Positions 35,816-44,738 of a stretch of DNA of 64,000 nucleotides are shown here, in pieces (positions within the stretch are counted from its first letter, which is position 1; every line of letters starts with the position of its first letter). Origin of the DNA: Candidatus Binataceae bacterium (GTDB taxonomy: Bacteria > Desulfobacterota > Binatia > Binatales > Binataceae); NCBI GenBank assembly GCA_036489375.1, contig DASXFX010000054.1, positions 210 to 64,209 on the forward strand, read 5' to 3'. The position numbers and the translations under genes were made by a program. A model generated the notes under the pieces. That model had not been told where the DNA came from. It was given only the letters and a program-made list of their open reading frames with translations, and made no database searches.

Positions 35816-36965
35816 GGGTGAAGGATCCCCAGGCGGGGAGTGGCGTGCCTGCGGCGATTGATCGGGCGAGCAGTTGGCCCATTCGCACGCTCAAGGCGAC
35901 GCCGTGTCCGGCGTAGGCTCCAGCCACCATTATCCTTGAAGATGATGGATGATGGGTAATAAGCGGGATGGCATTCTCCCTGAACGCGATCGGGCCGGCC
36001 CACGAAGCTGAAAAGCTGACCTGCTGAAGACGCGGGTGCAACTGGCGAACTCGTTGCTCTAGCGCTTCGAGCGCCGCGCCGGGTTGGCCTGCGCTCACGT
36101 CGAGCTCTTCGAGTTCCGCCGGTGAGCCGAAGACCAATTGCGAGCCAAAGATCACGCGCCCGTCCGCGATCGTTCTGCCCCACAGATAAGGATAATCAGT
36201 CGTGTAGAAGGGAATGTTCTCCGCCAGCCCGATGGCCTCCAGCGTGGACGGTGGAAGCGGCTCCGTCGCACAGGCGAAAGTGAGCGAACTCCTGATGCCG
36301 GAGGAGTTGGTGAGAAACGGGCCGGTCCAGGCGTTCAAGGCCAGGACGATGAATCCCGGATGAATGGTTTCGCCGTCGCTCTCGATCGCCAGTTGAGGCT
36401 CAACGGTGATTTTCTGAACCGAGCGGGCCTCAAGAACAATGGCTCCGCGCGAAACCGCAGCCCGTGCGATTCCGCTGACGAGGGCGGCGGGCTCGACCGT
36501 CCCGCCCTTTACCGTCTTGACGATGAAGATCGACTGGCCGCTATCGTTCCAGGGAAGCTTGCGCTCATTCCCACTCGATTGATGCTCGATTTCCCAACAT
36601 CCTGGGAGCGACAAATCGCAATCGATGCGCTCCTCGGCGACCAGCGCTTCGAGCCCGGGTACGCACGAATCGACTTCATCGAGAATTCCGGCGGCAGTTC
36701 CTTCGAGCACGAGACCGCCGGTTCTGCCGCTGGCACCATCACCGATACGAACTGCTTCGAAAACGGTCGCGCGGATTCCGCGCCGCGCCAGGTGGTAGGC
36801 GGTCGAGGCACCGGTCAGACCGCCACCGATGATCGCGACTTCAGGAGGCGGGCCCGATGGCATTCCGGCGGAGGGCACGAGTTCCGTAGTGCGGCGCCAT
36901 GGGGTCTCCCCCCAACGTCTTCGACTTTTATCCATGACAGTCGCGTCAAGCCGATCGAGTTTCAC
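35811..36965 (-). CDS. FAD-dependent oxidoreductase (DAO family)
   Basis: It has the dinucleotide-binding motif VAIIGGGLTGASTAYHLARRG and is about 384 aa long. The exact start is uncertain. Confidence 0.8.
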   Translation of the reverse strand: MKLDRLDATVMDKSRRRWGETPWRRTTELVPSAGMPSGPPPEVAIIGGGLTGASTAYHLARRGIRATVFEAVRIGDGASGRTGGLVLEGTAAGILDEVDSCVPGLEALVAEERIDCDLSLPGCWEIEHQSSGNERKLPWNDSGQSIFIVKTVKGGTVEPAALVSGIARAAVSRGAIVLEARSVQKITVEPQLAIESDGETIHPGFIVLALNAWTGPFLTNSSGIRSSLTFACATEPLPPSTLEAIGLAENIPFYTTDYPYLWGRTIADGRVIFGSQLVFGSPAELEELDVSAGQPGAALEALEQRVRQLHPRLQQVSFSASWAGPIAFRENAIPLITHHPSSSRIMVAGAYAGHGVALSVRMGQLLARSIAAGTPLPAWGSFTR

Positions 36966-37084
36966 GAGCCGTTCGCGCAGCTTGGGGATTCGTGCGGCCC
37001 GCCACGGCCCTGGTCGCGTCTGCGCTCGCCTCGATCCTCGGTTTCACCTTTTGGCCGTCCAAGACGATGACGGACCTTGTTTAA

Positions 37085-37339
37085 TCTTCGCGTGTTCGCA
37101 CGTGCGTTGAAAGAGCAATCTTTGTCGCGGCGCGTGACGCGGGTTTATCGGATCAGGATCGATACACCTACTACGAGGAGATGTTATGGGACAGCTTTAT
37201 GAAGAGTAACCCGTTGGCGGTCCTATGGCCGCAGATGCTGGCGATGGCGATTTTGGGCGGAGGGTTGATCACGTTCGCATCGATCCGCTTCCACAAAATT
37301 CTCGACCAGGCACCGCAAAACAGTCACTGCGCCAGTTAG
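37085..37339 (+). pseudogene. remnant of the 3' end of an ABC-2-type transporter permease gene
   Basis: The frame is open between TAA 37082-37084 and TAG 37337-37339. It reads ...YTYYEEMLWDSFMKSNPLAVLWPQMLAMAILGGGLITFASIRFHKILD, like the last TM helix and basic tail of ABC-2 permeases. No upstream permease body or ATPase gene is present. Confidence 0.35.
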
Positions 37340-37341
37340 TT

Positions 37342-38193
37342 TCACGGAAGGATCGCAAAGGCGCGAGCCGGGAAGCCAAGACCATGCCTGGGCTTCGGCC
37401 AGCTAACCACTATCAGCGCGCCGGTAGCAGGTACGCGGTCGAGGTTAGCCATCACCTCGATCTGCCAATGACCGTGAGTAAGTAGCCAGGTCTCGGAACT
37501 GAGGTCGTCGGTCGTATCGGTATCCATCGATTCGTGACCATTGGCGACGATGCCGCGCTGTTCGTACAGGAATTTGATGGCTTCGAGCGACCAGGCTGGA
37601 AAGCGCGCGCGTTTGAAGCGCTCGGGATCGGTCTCCCAATCTTTATACATATCGGTGCGAAGGGCAGCGAATGCGCCGGCAGGAACGCGCCCGTGAAGCC
37701 GTTCCCAGTCCTTGATGTCCGCGACGCTCAGCGCGTGATTCGGATCGTGTTTCAGGATCGGCGTGAGGTCGAAGACGACCAACGGCAGGATCATTTGCTT
37801 GAGCGGAAGTTGGTCGAGCGTGAGGCCGTTCGGATCGAAGTGCGCGGGCGGGTCGATATGAGTGCCGTACTGTCCCACCATCGAGTAGAAGTCCGCACGG
37901 AAATGATCCTTCTCGATGGTGTAAGGTTGGGCGGTCATGGGATCGGCCGCACGCGAAAAGGTCGCTTGGCCAAAACCTTTCCATACCGGCGTCAACGGGC
38001 TGAAGGAGTGGGTCAAGTCCACGAATTGCTTCGAGGCGATGATTCGATACGCTTCGGCCAGCGAATTATTCTGGACCGTTTCCGCGTGGACCGGGGCTGC
38101 GTCGCTGGGTCCGGCAAAGACGATCCTTCCCGTCAGCGCCGCGTTGATCAGAATAAGGAAAGCGAACAATACGCGGACCGGCTGCCGCTTCAT
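37342..38193 (-). CDS. secreted cyclase-family protein (kynurenine formamidase-like)
   Basis: It has the GQYGTHIDPPAHF metal motif and the signal peptide MKRQPVRVLFAFLILINAALTGRIVFA. I prefer the start at 38193; the ORF is open to 38250. Confidence 0.8.
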   Translation of the reverse strand: MKRQPVRVLFAFLILINAALTGRIVFAGPSDAAPVHAETVQNNSLAEAYRIIASKQFVDLTHSFSPLTPVWKGFGQATFSRAADPMTAQPYTIEKDHFRADFYSMVGQYGTHIDPPAHFDPNGLTLDQLPLKQMILPLVVFDLTPILKHDPNHALSVADIKDWERLHGRVPAGAFAALRTDMYKDWETDPERFKRARFPAWSLEAIKFLYEQRGIVANGHESMDTDTTDDLSSETWLLTHGHWQIEVMANLDRVPATGALIVVSWPKPRHGLGFPARAFAILP

Positions 38194-38267
38194 CAAGGAG
38201 CTCCCAGGGTTGGTACGTCGTCGTCCGGACTCACTTGCAGAGCCAATCATTAGCCCTACGAGATCTC

Positions 38268-38708
38268 TTACCCAGGATTCACAGACATATAAGCGGTGTG
38301 GAATGTGCGCGACTTGAACTTCCAGTTGTCGCCAACCTTCACATATTCGTCTTCATAGTAACCGCTGCCGACCCATTCCAGGTTGTTGCGGAGGTTGCGC
38401 AACTCCACATAGCAACGTCCGGTAGCGCGACCGCCGCCGGCCAGATCGATCACGTGATTATGGATATAAGGCCGCGGCGTCAGATCGCCCTGCGTGAGGC
38501 CGTTGTAAAGCTTCAGCAAAGAGTCGCGCCCGCTCGCGCGATGTTCGCGCTTCATGCCCTTGGTGACAAACTCACCGTCGTTCGCAAAGAGATCGACAAG
38601 CCCCGCCATGTCGTTGCGCCATACGCAGTCGCAATACTTGAGCGGCAGTTCGCGAATCCCTTCGCGATCGGCCAGATCTCCCGCTAACTGTTCGATGCTC
38701 TTGGGCAT
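38268..38708 (-). CDS. SnoaL-like/NTF2-fold protein (paralog A)
   Basis: 146 aa, with LADREGIRELPLKYCDCVWRNDMAGLVDLFANDG...GRCYVEL...YYEDEYVKVGDNWKF. Confidence 0.7.
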   Translation of the reverse strand: MPKSIEQLAGDLADREGIRELPLKYCDCVWRNDMAGLVDLFANDGEFVTKGMKREHRASGRDSLLKLYNGLTQGDLTPRPYIHNHVIDLAGGGRATGRCYVELRNLRNNLEWVGSGYYEDEYVKVGDNWKFKSRTFHTAYMSVNPG

Positions 38709-38710
38709 GA

Positions 38711-39175
38711 CTATTTCTCCTTGGGGCCAGCGGTCCCGGTAGCCAGCTTCGGTTCCATGTGAACCATCTGCGCGCGGCGCGACTGGAATTTCCAGGTGTC
38801 GCCAACTTTGACGTATTCGTCGTGGTAGTAGCCGGTGCCGAGCCAGCTCAGGTTATTGCTGGCGTCGCGCAGCTCGACGTAGCAGCGCCCGCTCGCGTGG
38901 CCGCTACCTTTGAGCTCGATCACATGGTTATGGATGTAAGGCCGCGGCGTCAGCGTCGCCAGTCCGGCCTTGTAAGTCTTCTGCAATGCGGCAGGGCCCT
39001 TGTTGGTGATCTCTTTGTCGTTACTGATGATGGTAAAGACTCCATCGTCGGCAAAAAGGCTGACGAGTCCGTCAACGTCGCCACGCCACACAAAGTCGCA
39101 GTAACGCTGAGGCAGTTCGCGAATGGCCTCGCGATCGGCCAACTCGGTCACGATCTGTTCGGTGGTTTTCGCCAT
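38711..39175 (-). CDS. SnoaL-like/NTF2-fold protein (paralog B)
   Basis: It aligns along its whole length with paralog A (LADREAIRELPQRYCDFVWRGDVDGLVSLFADDG...YYHDEYVKVGDTWKF). The start at MAKTTEQ (39175) replaces the longer ORF that runs to 39355. Confidence 0.7.
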   Translation of the reverse strand: MAKTTEQIVTELADREAIRELPQRYCDFVWRGDVDGLVSLFADDGVFTIISNDKEITNKGPAALQKTYKAGLATLTPRPYIHNHVIELKGSGHASGRCYVELRDASNNLSWLGTGYYHDEYVKVGDTWKFQSRRAQMVHMEPKLATGTAGPKEK

Positions 39176-39384
39176 GGCTCCGTACCTCCTGATTGATGAT
39201 CGCCGGGCGCGGCACTGTTCTGCCCGAAACCCTTGGCGCCATGCGGGATGCTTAGCACCGAACGGCGTCGGCGTGAAAGCGCAGGACCTACACGGTTGAT
39301 GCTCGCCAGCCACGCGCATCCTCGCTTCTGATTCCCAGCGGTGGTAAGTCTGCATCGAGTTGGCCGGCTAATCTGAGGAGGCTT

Positions 39385-39972
39385 GTGATGTCAGGATCAG
39401 GCGTAATTTCGATTCATCCGTCGGTGGACAACGGCATCAAACCGGGCGCGAAGGATTTTACTGGCGGCACGTTAGTCTGCAAATGCGCGCAGAATCCGGT
39501 CAAGGTCAGGGTCAAATCGCAATCCGCATATAATCACGCGTGCGGCTGCACGAAGTGTTGGAAGCCCGCGGGCGCGCTCTTTGCGGTCGTAGCGGTCGCA
39601 CTGCGCAGCACATTGTCCGTGACGGATAACGAGGACAAGCTCGCGATCGTCGATCCCGCCGCTGCCATCCAGCGCTACGCATGCAAGGGCTGTGGCGTAC
39701 ATATGTATGGCCGGATCGAGAACGCCAAGCATCCGTTTTACGGCCTCGATTTCATTCATACCGAGCTTTCACCCGAAGCAGGATGGTCGGAGCCTGGTTT
39801 CGCCGCGTTCGTTTCATCGATCATCGAGAGCGGCGCCGACCCGGCGAATCAGGACGCAGTCCGCGGAAGGTTGCGCGAGCTTGGCCTCGAGCCTTACGAC
39901 TGCCTTTCGCCGCCGCTGATGGATGCAATCGCGACGCACATCGCCAAAGCCGCGGGCGTGCTGAAAGCGTGA
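39385..39972 (+). CDS. gfa: S-(hydroxymethyl)glutathione synthase (glutathione-dependent formaldehyde-activating enzyme)
   Basis: [34 protein letters not shown]...[11 protein letters not shown] closely matches the Paracoccus Gfa pattern as I remember it. Confidence 0.85.
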   Translation: MMSGSGVISIHPSVDNGIKPGAKDFTGGTLVCKCAQNPVKVRVKSQSAYNHACGCTKCWKPAGALFAVVAVALRSTLSVTDNEDKLAIVDPAAAIQRYACKGCGVHMYGRIENAKHPFYGLDFIHTELSPEAGWSEPGFAAFVSSIIESGADPANQDAVRGRLRELGLEPYDCLSPPLMDAIATHIAKAAGVLKA

Positions 39973-40028
39973 TTGGTGAAAATCGACGGATAATCTTGCG
40001 GACTCATTGACGACGGGAGCGATCTGCG

Positions 40029-40850
40029 ATGCCGAGGATTACTGCGAACAATTGCGAGATGTCGTACGAACTCGATGACTTCAGCGATCCGTGGCGGCAG
40101 TCCGAAACTATCTGGATCCAGCACGGGTTCGGCCGCAATCTACGCTTCTGGCAGCATTGGGTACCGCTGCTTGCCGGTCATCTCCGAGTCTTGAGACGCG
40201 ACATGCGCGGTCACGGTCAATCCGCCGATCCGGGACCGAATCATAAATGGTCAGCGGAAGAATTGCTGCTCGACATGAAAGCCTTTCTCGACGCGCTTGG
40301 ACTCGATCAGGTTCATTATTTGGGCGAATCGATTGGCGGGACCCTGGGCATCGCATTCGCGGCGCGATGGCCTGAGCGGCTGAAGAGCCTGACGCTGCTC
40401 GCGACTCCAACTTCGATTCCGCCGCGGGTCCAAAAGCTCTTCGCGCTCGGTTACGAGGATTGGCCGACCGCTCTCGGCAAGCTCGGTTCCGGCGGATGGG
40501 CCAAGGCATTGATGGAATCAGGTGGCGGTCTGACTGGCGGCGACCCGGTGCGCGAACAGTGGGTTATCAACGAATGGTCGCGGATTCCCACTCATGTGTT
40601 GCAAGGATTATGTCGCGCGGTTCCAAGCGTCGATGTGGCTCCGCTGTTGGCTCAAATCAAGGTGCCAACTTTGATCTTGGCGCCGGCGAACAGCACCTAT
40701 GAACCCTTGAAGGCGCAGGTCGCGATGCGCGACGCGATCCCTGGCGCGCGGATCGCAGTAATCAACGGCAAGGGACACGAAATATACGCCGACCAGGCCG
40801 AGGCCTGCGCCCGCGCGGTACGTGAGTTCATCGCATCGCTAAGCAACTAG
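40029..40850 (+). CDS. alpha/beta-fold hydrolase
   Basis: 273 aa, with the HGFG oxyanion region, the nucleophile elbow GESIGG and a C-terminal GKGHE histidine. Confidence 0.85.
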   Translation: MPRITANNCEMSYELDDFSDPWRQSETIWIQHGFGRNLRFWQHWVPLLAGHLRVLRRDMRGHGQSADPGPNHKWSAEELLLDMKAFLDALGLDQVHYLGESIGGTLGIAFAARWPERLKSLTLLATPTSIPPRVQKLFALGYEDWPTALGKLGSGGWAKALMESGGGLTGGDPVREQWVINEWSRIPTHVLQGLCRAVPSVDVAPLLAQIKVPTLILAPANSTYEPLKAQVAMRDAIPGARIAVINGKGHEIYADQAEACARAVREFIASLSN

Positions 40851-40902
40851 TATCGTTGCAGTCGAAGTTCTCCGAACGACGACCTTCGGTTTCAGACTTG
40901 CT

Positions 40903-42717
40903 CTATTGATTATTGGCGCTGCGATTGTCGGCAACTTGCGCGTTGATCGCATAGGGCCCAGCGCCGAAGGTAGGCAGGATAACCCATTTCAGGCCGGAAG
41001 TATCGACGCCCCCTTGCGAGGTTCCGCTTGAATTATGTTCGAGCCTCGCGCTGCTAATCATGCGCGCCTGCATACCGAGCAAATGCGCCGACTTTATCGC
41101 ATCGCCGAGACTGACGAAGTGCATCGGCAAGGGCAGCCTGTCACCCCAATCGACGTAGCCGTAAGAGAAGAAATCACCGTCAGTCTGACCGGGATTATTG
41201 GGCGCATTTGGCGTGATCATAATCGCCTGCTGCTTCAAGGCGGAATAAAAGCTCAGCTTCACCATGATAAGGCCGGCACTGGTCTGGACGTAAAATGGAT
41301 ATGGATTGACGGGTGTTTGTTGCTGCAACTCGACATCAATCTCGATCAGTTGCGCATCAGGCGACCATTGTTGCGCGCGGACGAGTGCCTTTTGCGCCAT
41401 CGTTTCCAGATCGGGCAAAGGCCAGGAGTCTTTCAAGGGTGCGATCTCGCCTGAATGCGCGGCCGTAATCGATGCGTACGGGTTGGCAGGATTGTAGTTG
41501 GCTAACGGATTCGAACCCTGAGGGGACGGCTGCGATGCCGGCGCGCTGCTTTGCGCTGAAGGTTGATTGGGAGTGGGGGCGGAATTGCTATGAAACATGA
41601 GGAAACCGACCAGAAATGCGATCACGATCACGCCGGCACCGATCGCGGGTATCGCCCAAGAGGGCAACGACCTTAAAAATTCGGCCAGACCGGGTCCTGG
41701 ATCCGGTTGTGGCGGTGGAGGAGGAGGCACGGGCTGGCCGCCTTGGGGAAGGCCAATCGCGGCCTGAAAGTCCTGGATGGTCGGATAGCGCTGCGCGGCT
41801 TTGACGGCGAGCGACGTCATCAGAGCCTGCTCGGCGGCGTGGGGAATATCGGCGCCAACCGCACTCGGCAACTGAATTGTGTCTTCGGCGAGGCGATCGA
41901 TCGATGGCGGCGGAATCGAGCCGGTGAGGAGATGATAGAAGGTTGCGCCGACTGCATAGACGTCGGTCCAGGGTCCCTGCTTGCCCGTGCTGCGATATTG
42001 CTCTTCCGGTGCGTAGCCGACTTTAAGGATCACCGAAAGACGCTGGCTGCGATCGCGCAAGGCCTGGCGTGCCGCGCCGAAGTCGAGCAGCTTAACCAAC
42101 CCCGAGGTCGTGACATAAATGTTGTCGGGGCTGATGTCCCGATGGAGGACGTTGACCCGATGCACCTCGCGCAGCGCGTCCATCACCGGCGTCATGATGC
42201 CGAGGGCCTCATCGAAGGCGAGACGGCCGCCGCGATCTTTCAAGTGATCTTTGAGGGTGGTGCCCTCAAGATATTCCATCACGAGGTAGGCGGTGCCGTG
42301 CGCGGGAAAGAAATTGGTGACCGAGATAATTCCGGGATGGCCTTCGAACTGCGCGACCATCCGCGCTTCATCGAGGAAGCGCTCGAGGCCGTAGTTGAAG
42401 TCGTCCTTTGACGGTCCGCTGTGCGGCACGACCTCACTGGTATCAACTGAGCGGCTGGCCATTCCGCTCGGCATGTATTCCTTGATCGCGATGCGGCGGG
42501 CGAGGCGGATATCCCAAGCGAGGTAGGTGATCGCGAAGCCGCCTGCGCCAAGCGCGCGGCCGACGATATATTGATCGTTGAGCACCGAGCGCGGTGGCAG
42601 TTGGAACGGCACCGAAGGCGGTCCATTCTCGTCGAAGCCGCAAGTGGGGCAGATCGCAGCGCCACCGCGATCGATCATGCAGCCCATGCAAAGGCGCGCG
42701 GTTTCGTCTGGGGGCAT
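40903..42717 (-). CDS. Hanks-type Ser/Thr protein kinase with N-terminal zinc ribbon, one TM helix and a roughly 230-aa extracytoplasmic domain of unknown fold
   Basis: It has CMGC...CPTC, GAGGFAITY, IAIKEY, HRDISPDN, DFGAA and GYAPEE, with the TM helix IPAIGAGVIVIAFLVGFLMF. The start at MPPDE (42717) lies 1 nt after the PP2C stop; the ORF is open to 42792. Confidence 0.9.
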   Translation of the reverse strand: MPPDETARLCMGCMIDRGGAAICPTCGFDENGPPSVPFQLPPRSVLNDQYIVGRALGAGGFAITYLAWDIRLARRIAIKEYMPSGMASRSVDTSEVVPHSGPSKDDFNYGLERFLDEARMVAQFEGHPGIISVTNFFPAHGTAYLVMEYLEGTTLKDHLKDRGGRLAFDEALGIMTPVMDALREVHRVNVLHRDISPDNIYVTTSGLVKLLDFGAARQALRDRSQRLSVILKVGYAPEEQYRSTGKQGPWTDVYAVGATFYHLLTGSIPPPSIDRLAEDTIQLPSAVGADIPHAAEQALMTSLAVKAAQRYPTIQDFQAAIGLPQGGQPVPPPPPPQPDPGPGLAEFLRSLPSWAIPAIGAGVIVIAFLVGFLMFHSNSAPTPNQPSAQSSAPASQPSPQGSNPLANYNPANPYASITAAHSGEIAPLKDSWPLPDLETMAQKALVRAQQWSPDAQLIEIDVELQQQTPVNPYPFYVQTSAGLIMVKLSFYSALKQQAIMITPNAPNNPGQTDGDFFSYGYVDWGDRLPLPMHFVSLGDAIKSAHLLGMQARMISSARLEHNSSGTSQGGVDTSGLKWVILPTFGAGPYAINAQVADNRSANNQ

Positions 42718-42718
42718 C

Positions 42719-43528
42719 CTATTTCGATTCCTGATTCGTAATCCTGATGCAGAGGACAGTAACGTTATCCTGATGCGGAAGTTCGCGTGCAAGTGCGCTC
42801 GCAGTCAGCGTGTCGGCGGTTTCCTGCGCATCGGCGGCGCTGGTCGCGATGCGCGCGATCTCCTCGTGGCTGAGCGCGCGATAGAGGCCGTCACTGCAAA
42901 GAATGACGGTATCGCCAGCAGTTACGGCAACGCCTTCGCTCGGCGAATCGATCTGGGCGATGCCGCCGGCGCCGACGTAACTCGTAAGCGCATCGCGATC
43001 GGGATCGATCGCCGCATCCTCCGGCGACATGACGCCGCGCTTCACCAACTCGGCGAGCTTCGCGCCCAGCGTATGCGGATGATTAAGCTGGGTCAGGGCG
43101 CCGTCACGGCAGAGATAAAGCGCACTGTCGCCTACTGACATCCAGTACAAACCCGATGGTGCGAAGGCCGCCGCCACCAGCGTCGAGCCGACGTCGCGCG
43201 CCAGATCGACCGCCGTAGCAAACTCGAATACGGAACGATCGGCAGCTTCGACTGCACGGCCCAAGGCCTGCGTGATCGGTTCGCCAATCTGTTTGGTCGC
43301 GTAATGCTGAAGAAAGGCGCGCACCGCGAGCTGGCTCGCTTCGGCGCCGTGGGCCATCCCGCCCATGCCATCGGCGACGATCGCCAGCATCCCGCCGTGC
43401 GCCATAAGGCCGGCGTCGTTGGGATCGGAGAACCCGAACGAGTCCTGCTGATCCTCGCGCTTGCCTACGTCCTGGGCATTGCCGGGCGCGTAAACCAGCC
43501 CGTCAGTCCCAATGAAATGTGTCGTCAC
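42719..43528 (-). CDS. PP2C-family Ser/Thr phosphatase
   Basis: 269 aa, with GKREDQQDSF, VADGMGGMAHG and LCSDGL motifs. Confidence 0.9.
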   Translation of the reverse strand: MTTHFIGTDGLVYAPGNAQDVGKREDQQDSFGFSDPNDAGLMAHGGMLAIVADGMGGMAHGAEASQLAVRAFLQHYATKQIGEPITQALGRAVEAADRSVFEFATAVDLARDVGSTLVAAAFAPSGLYWMSVGDSALYLCRDGALTQLNHPHTLGAKLAELVKRGVMSPEDAAIDPDRDALTSYVGAGGIAQIDSPSEGVAVTAGDTVILCSDGLYRALSHEEIARIATSAADAQETADTLTASALARELPHQDNVTVLCIRITNQESK

Positions 43529-44081
43529 AAAGGGGCCAGAACATCAGCTTGCTTTTGCCGACTTCGACGATATCTCGCGAGGTCAGTTTCATCGGCGTGT
43601 TGACCATCTGCTCGTTGAGATACACCAGACCCGCCGCTTCGCCCGGCAGTATCCAGAAAACGCGATGCTTCGGATCGTAGGCGACTGATGCGTGCTTGTC
43701 ACGTGACACGCTCTCATCGCCGGTGAGCGCAATATCCATCGCAGGACTGCGGCCGATGAAATTCTTCTCGCCGTGGATCCTGAAGTCGCGACCCTTGTCC
43801 GGGCCCTCGACGCACACCAGCCAGCCGACGACGGGACTTATGCCCGACGAAGTATCGCGATAGACCGCGCGCGTTACGCCAGGGTCGGCCGAGGCTATTG
43901 GCGCTGCTGGTGGAGGAGCCGCGGGAGCCGCTGCGACCGGCGCCGGCGCGGGCGCGCTTGCGTGATCGGGTACGCGTCGCGTTTTTCCTTCGACGACATC
44001 GGCGCCCACCCCGCAATAGGGACACGACGTATGCTTGGCGGCGTCGTAGAAGTGACCGTGACTGCATCGCATCATCGCCAT
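43503..44081 (-). CDS. zinc-ribbon + FHA domain protein
   Basis: The N-terminal CSHGH...CPYCG is followed by a Pro/Ala linker and an FHA core (IGRSPAMDIALTGDESVSRDKHASV...NEQMV). It overlaps the PP2C start by 26 nt. Confidence 0.85.
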   Translation of the reverse strand: MAMMRCSHGHFYDAAKHTSCPYCGVGADVVEGKTRRVPDHASAPAPAPVAAAPAAPPPAAPIASADPGVTRAVYRDTSSGISPVVGWLVCVEGPDKGRDFRIHGEKNFIGRSPAMDIALTGDESVSRDKHASVAYDPKHRVFWILPGEAAGLVYLNEQMVNTPMKLTSRDIVEVGKSKLMFWPLCDDTFHWD

Positions 44082-44094
44082 CGTAAAATCACCC

Positions 44095-44679
44095 TCAATC
44101 GAAAAGGCTGGCGGCGTAATCGCCGGTTCCGACGTTGAAATCGAATTGAACGTCCTGGCTTTGCTGGATGACGAGATTTTTCGAACGCGGCTGGGCGTTC
44201 ACCGTCGAAAGTGAAATCGTGCAGGCACCCGGTTTGGTCAGGTTCGCACTGGCCTCGAAGTGGTACGGCCCCGGATGAATGGCGAAGAGGTAGATGCCGT
44301 AGGAACTGCCGTCAGGCTGCGCATCCGTGGAACGATAGCCAACGGACGGCGCGCCGGACGGCTGGATCGCCGACTTGAGCACAAAGGTGGCACAGGGTAG
44401 ATTCTGGTCGTTACTCCCACCGATCGACAGCAGTGCAAAGGGCGGCATCTGATTTCCCGACGCCTTCTCGGCGGCGATCTGCGCCTTGAGACTCTCGTTC
44501 TTGGACTTGAGGTCGGCGGTTTCGGCGTTGCCGCTCGAACTCGCCGCCGACGCGTTCTGCGCCTTGAAGTAGTATGGGAACAACGCAAGCGTCAGGAAAC
44601 AGAACGCGCCGAGCGCGCCCGTCAGCAAGTCGAGCACCGACATGTTGAAGATGCTGACCTCGCGATTGCGCGGCTTCAT
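44095..44679 (-). CDS. TolR/ExbD-like single-pass membrane protein, paralog 2, with a non-canonical periplasmic domain
   Basis: MKPRNREVSIFNMSVLDLLTGALGAFCFLTLALF has the basic N-terminus, TM helix and membrane-embedded Asp17 positioned as in TolR D23 and ExbD D25. A coiled-coil-like segment and a beta-rich domain follow. Confidence 0.55.
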   Translation of the reverse strand: MKPRNREVSIFNMSVLDLLTGALGAFCFLTLALFPYYFKAQNASAASSSGNAETADLKSKNESLKAQIAAEKASGNQMPPFALLSIGGSNDQNLPCATFVLKSAIQPSGAPSVGYRSTDAQPDGSSYGIYLFAIHPGPYHFEASANLTKPGACTISLSTVNAQPRSKNLVIQQSQDVQFDFNVGTGDYAASLFD

Positions 44680-44738
44680 CGTGCGCTCCGCTCAATTCGT
44701 AGGTACGCTTTCACTTGATAGTTCATAGCCGGGCCTGA

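Noticed and set aside
38711-39355. 214-aa version of SnoaL-like paralog B
   Set aside because: The first 60 residues are Arg/Cys-rich and have no counterpart in paralog A. The alignment with paralog A begins at MAKTTEQ (39175).
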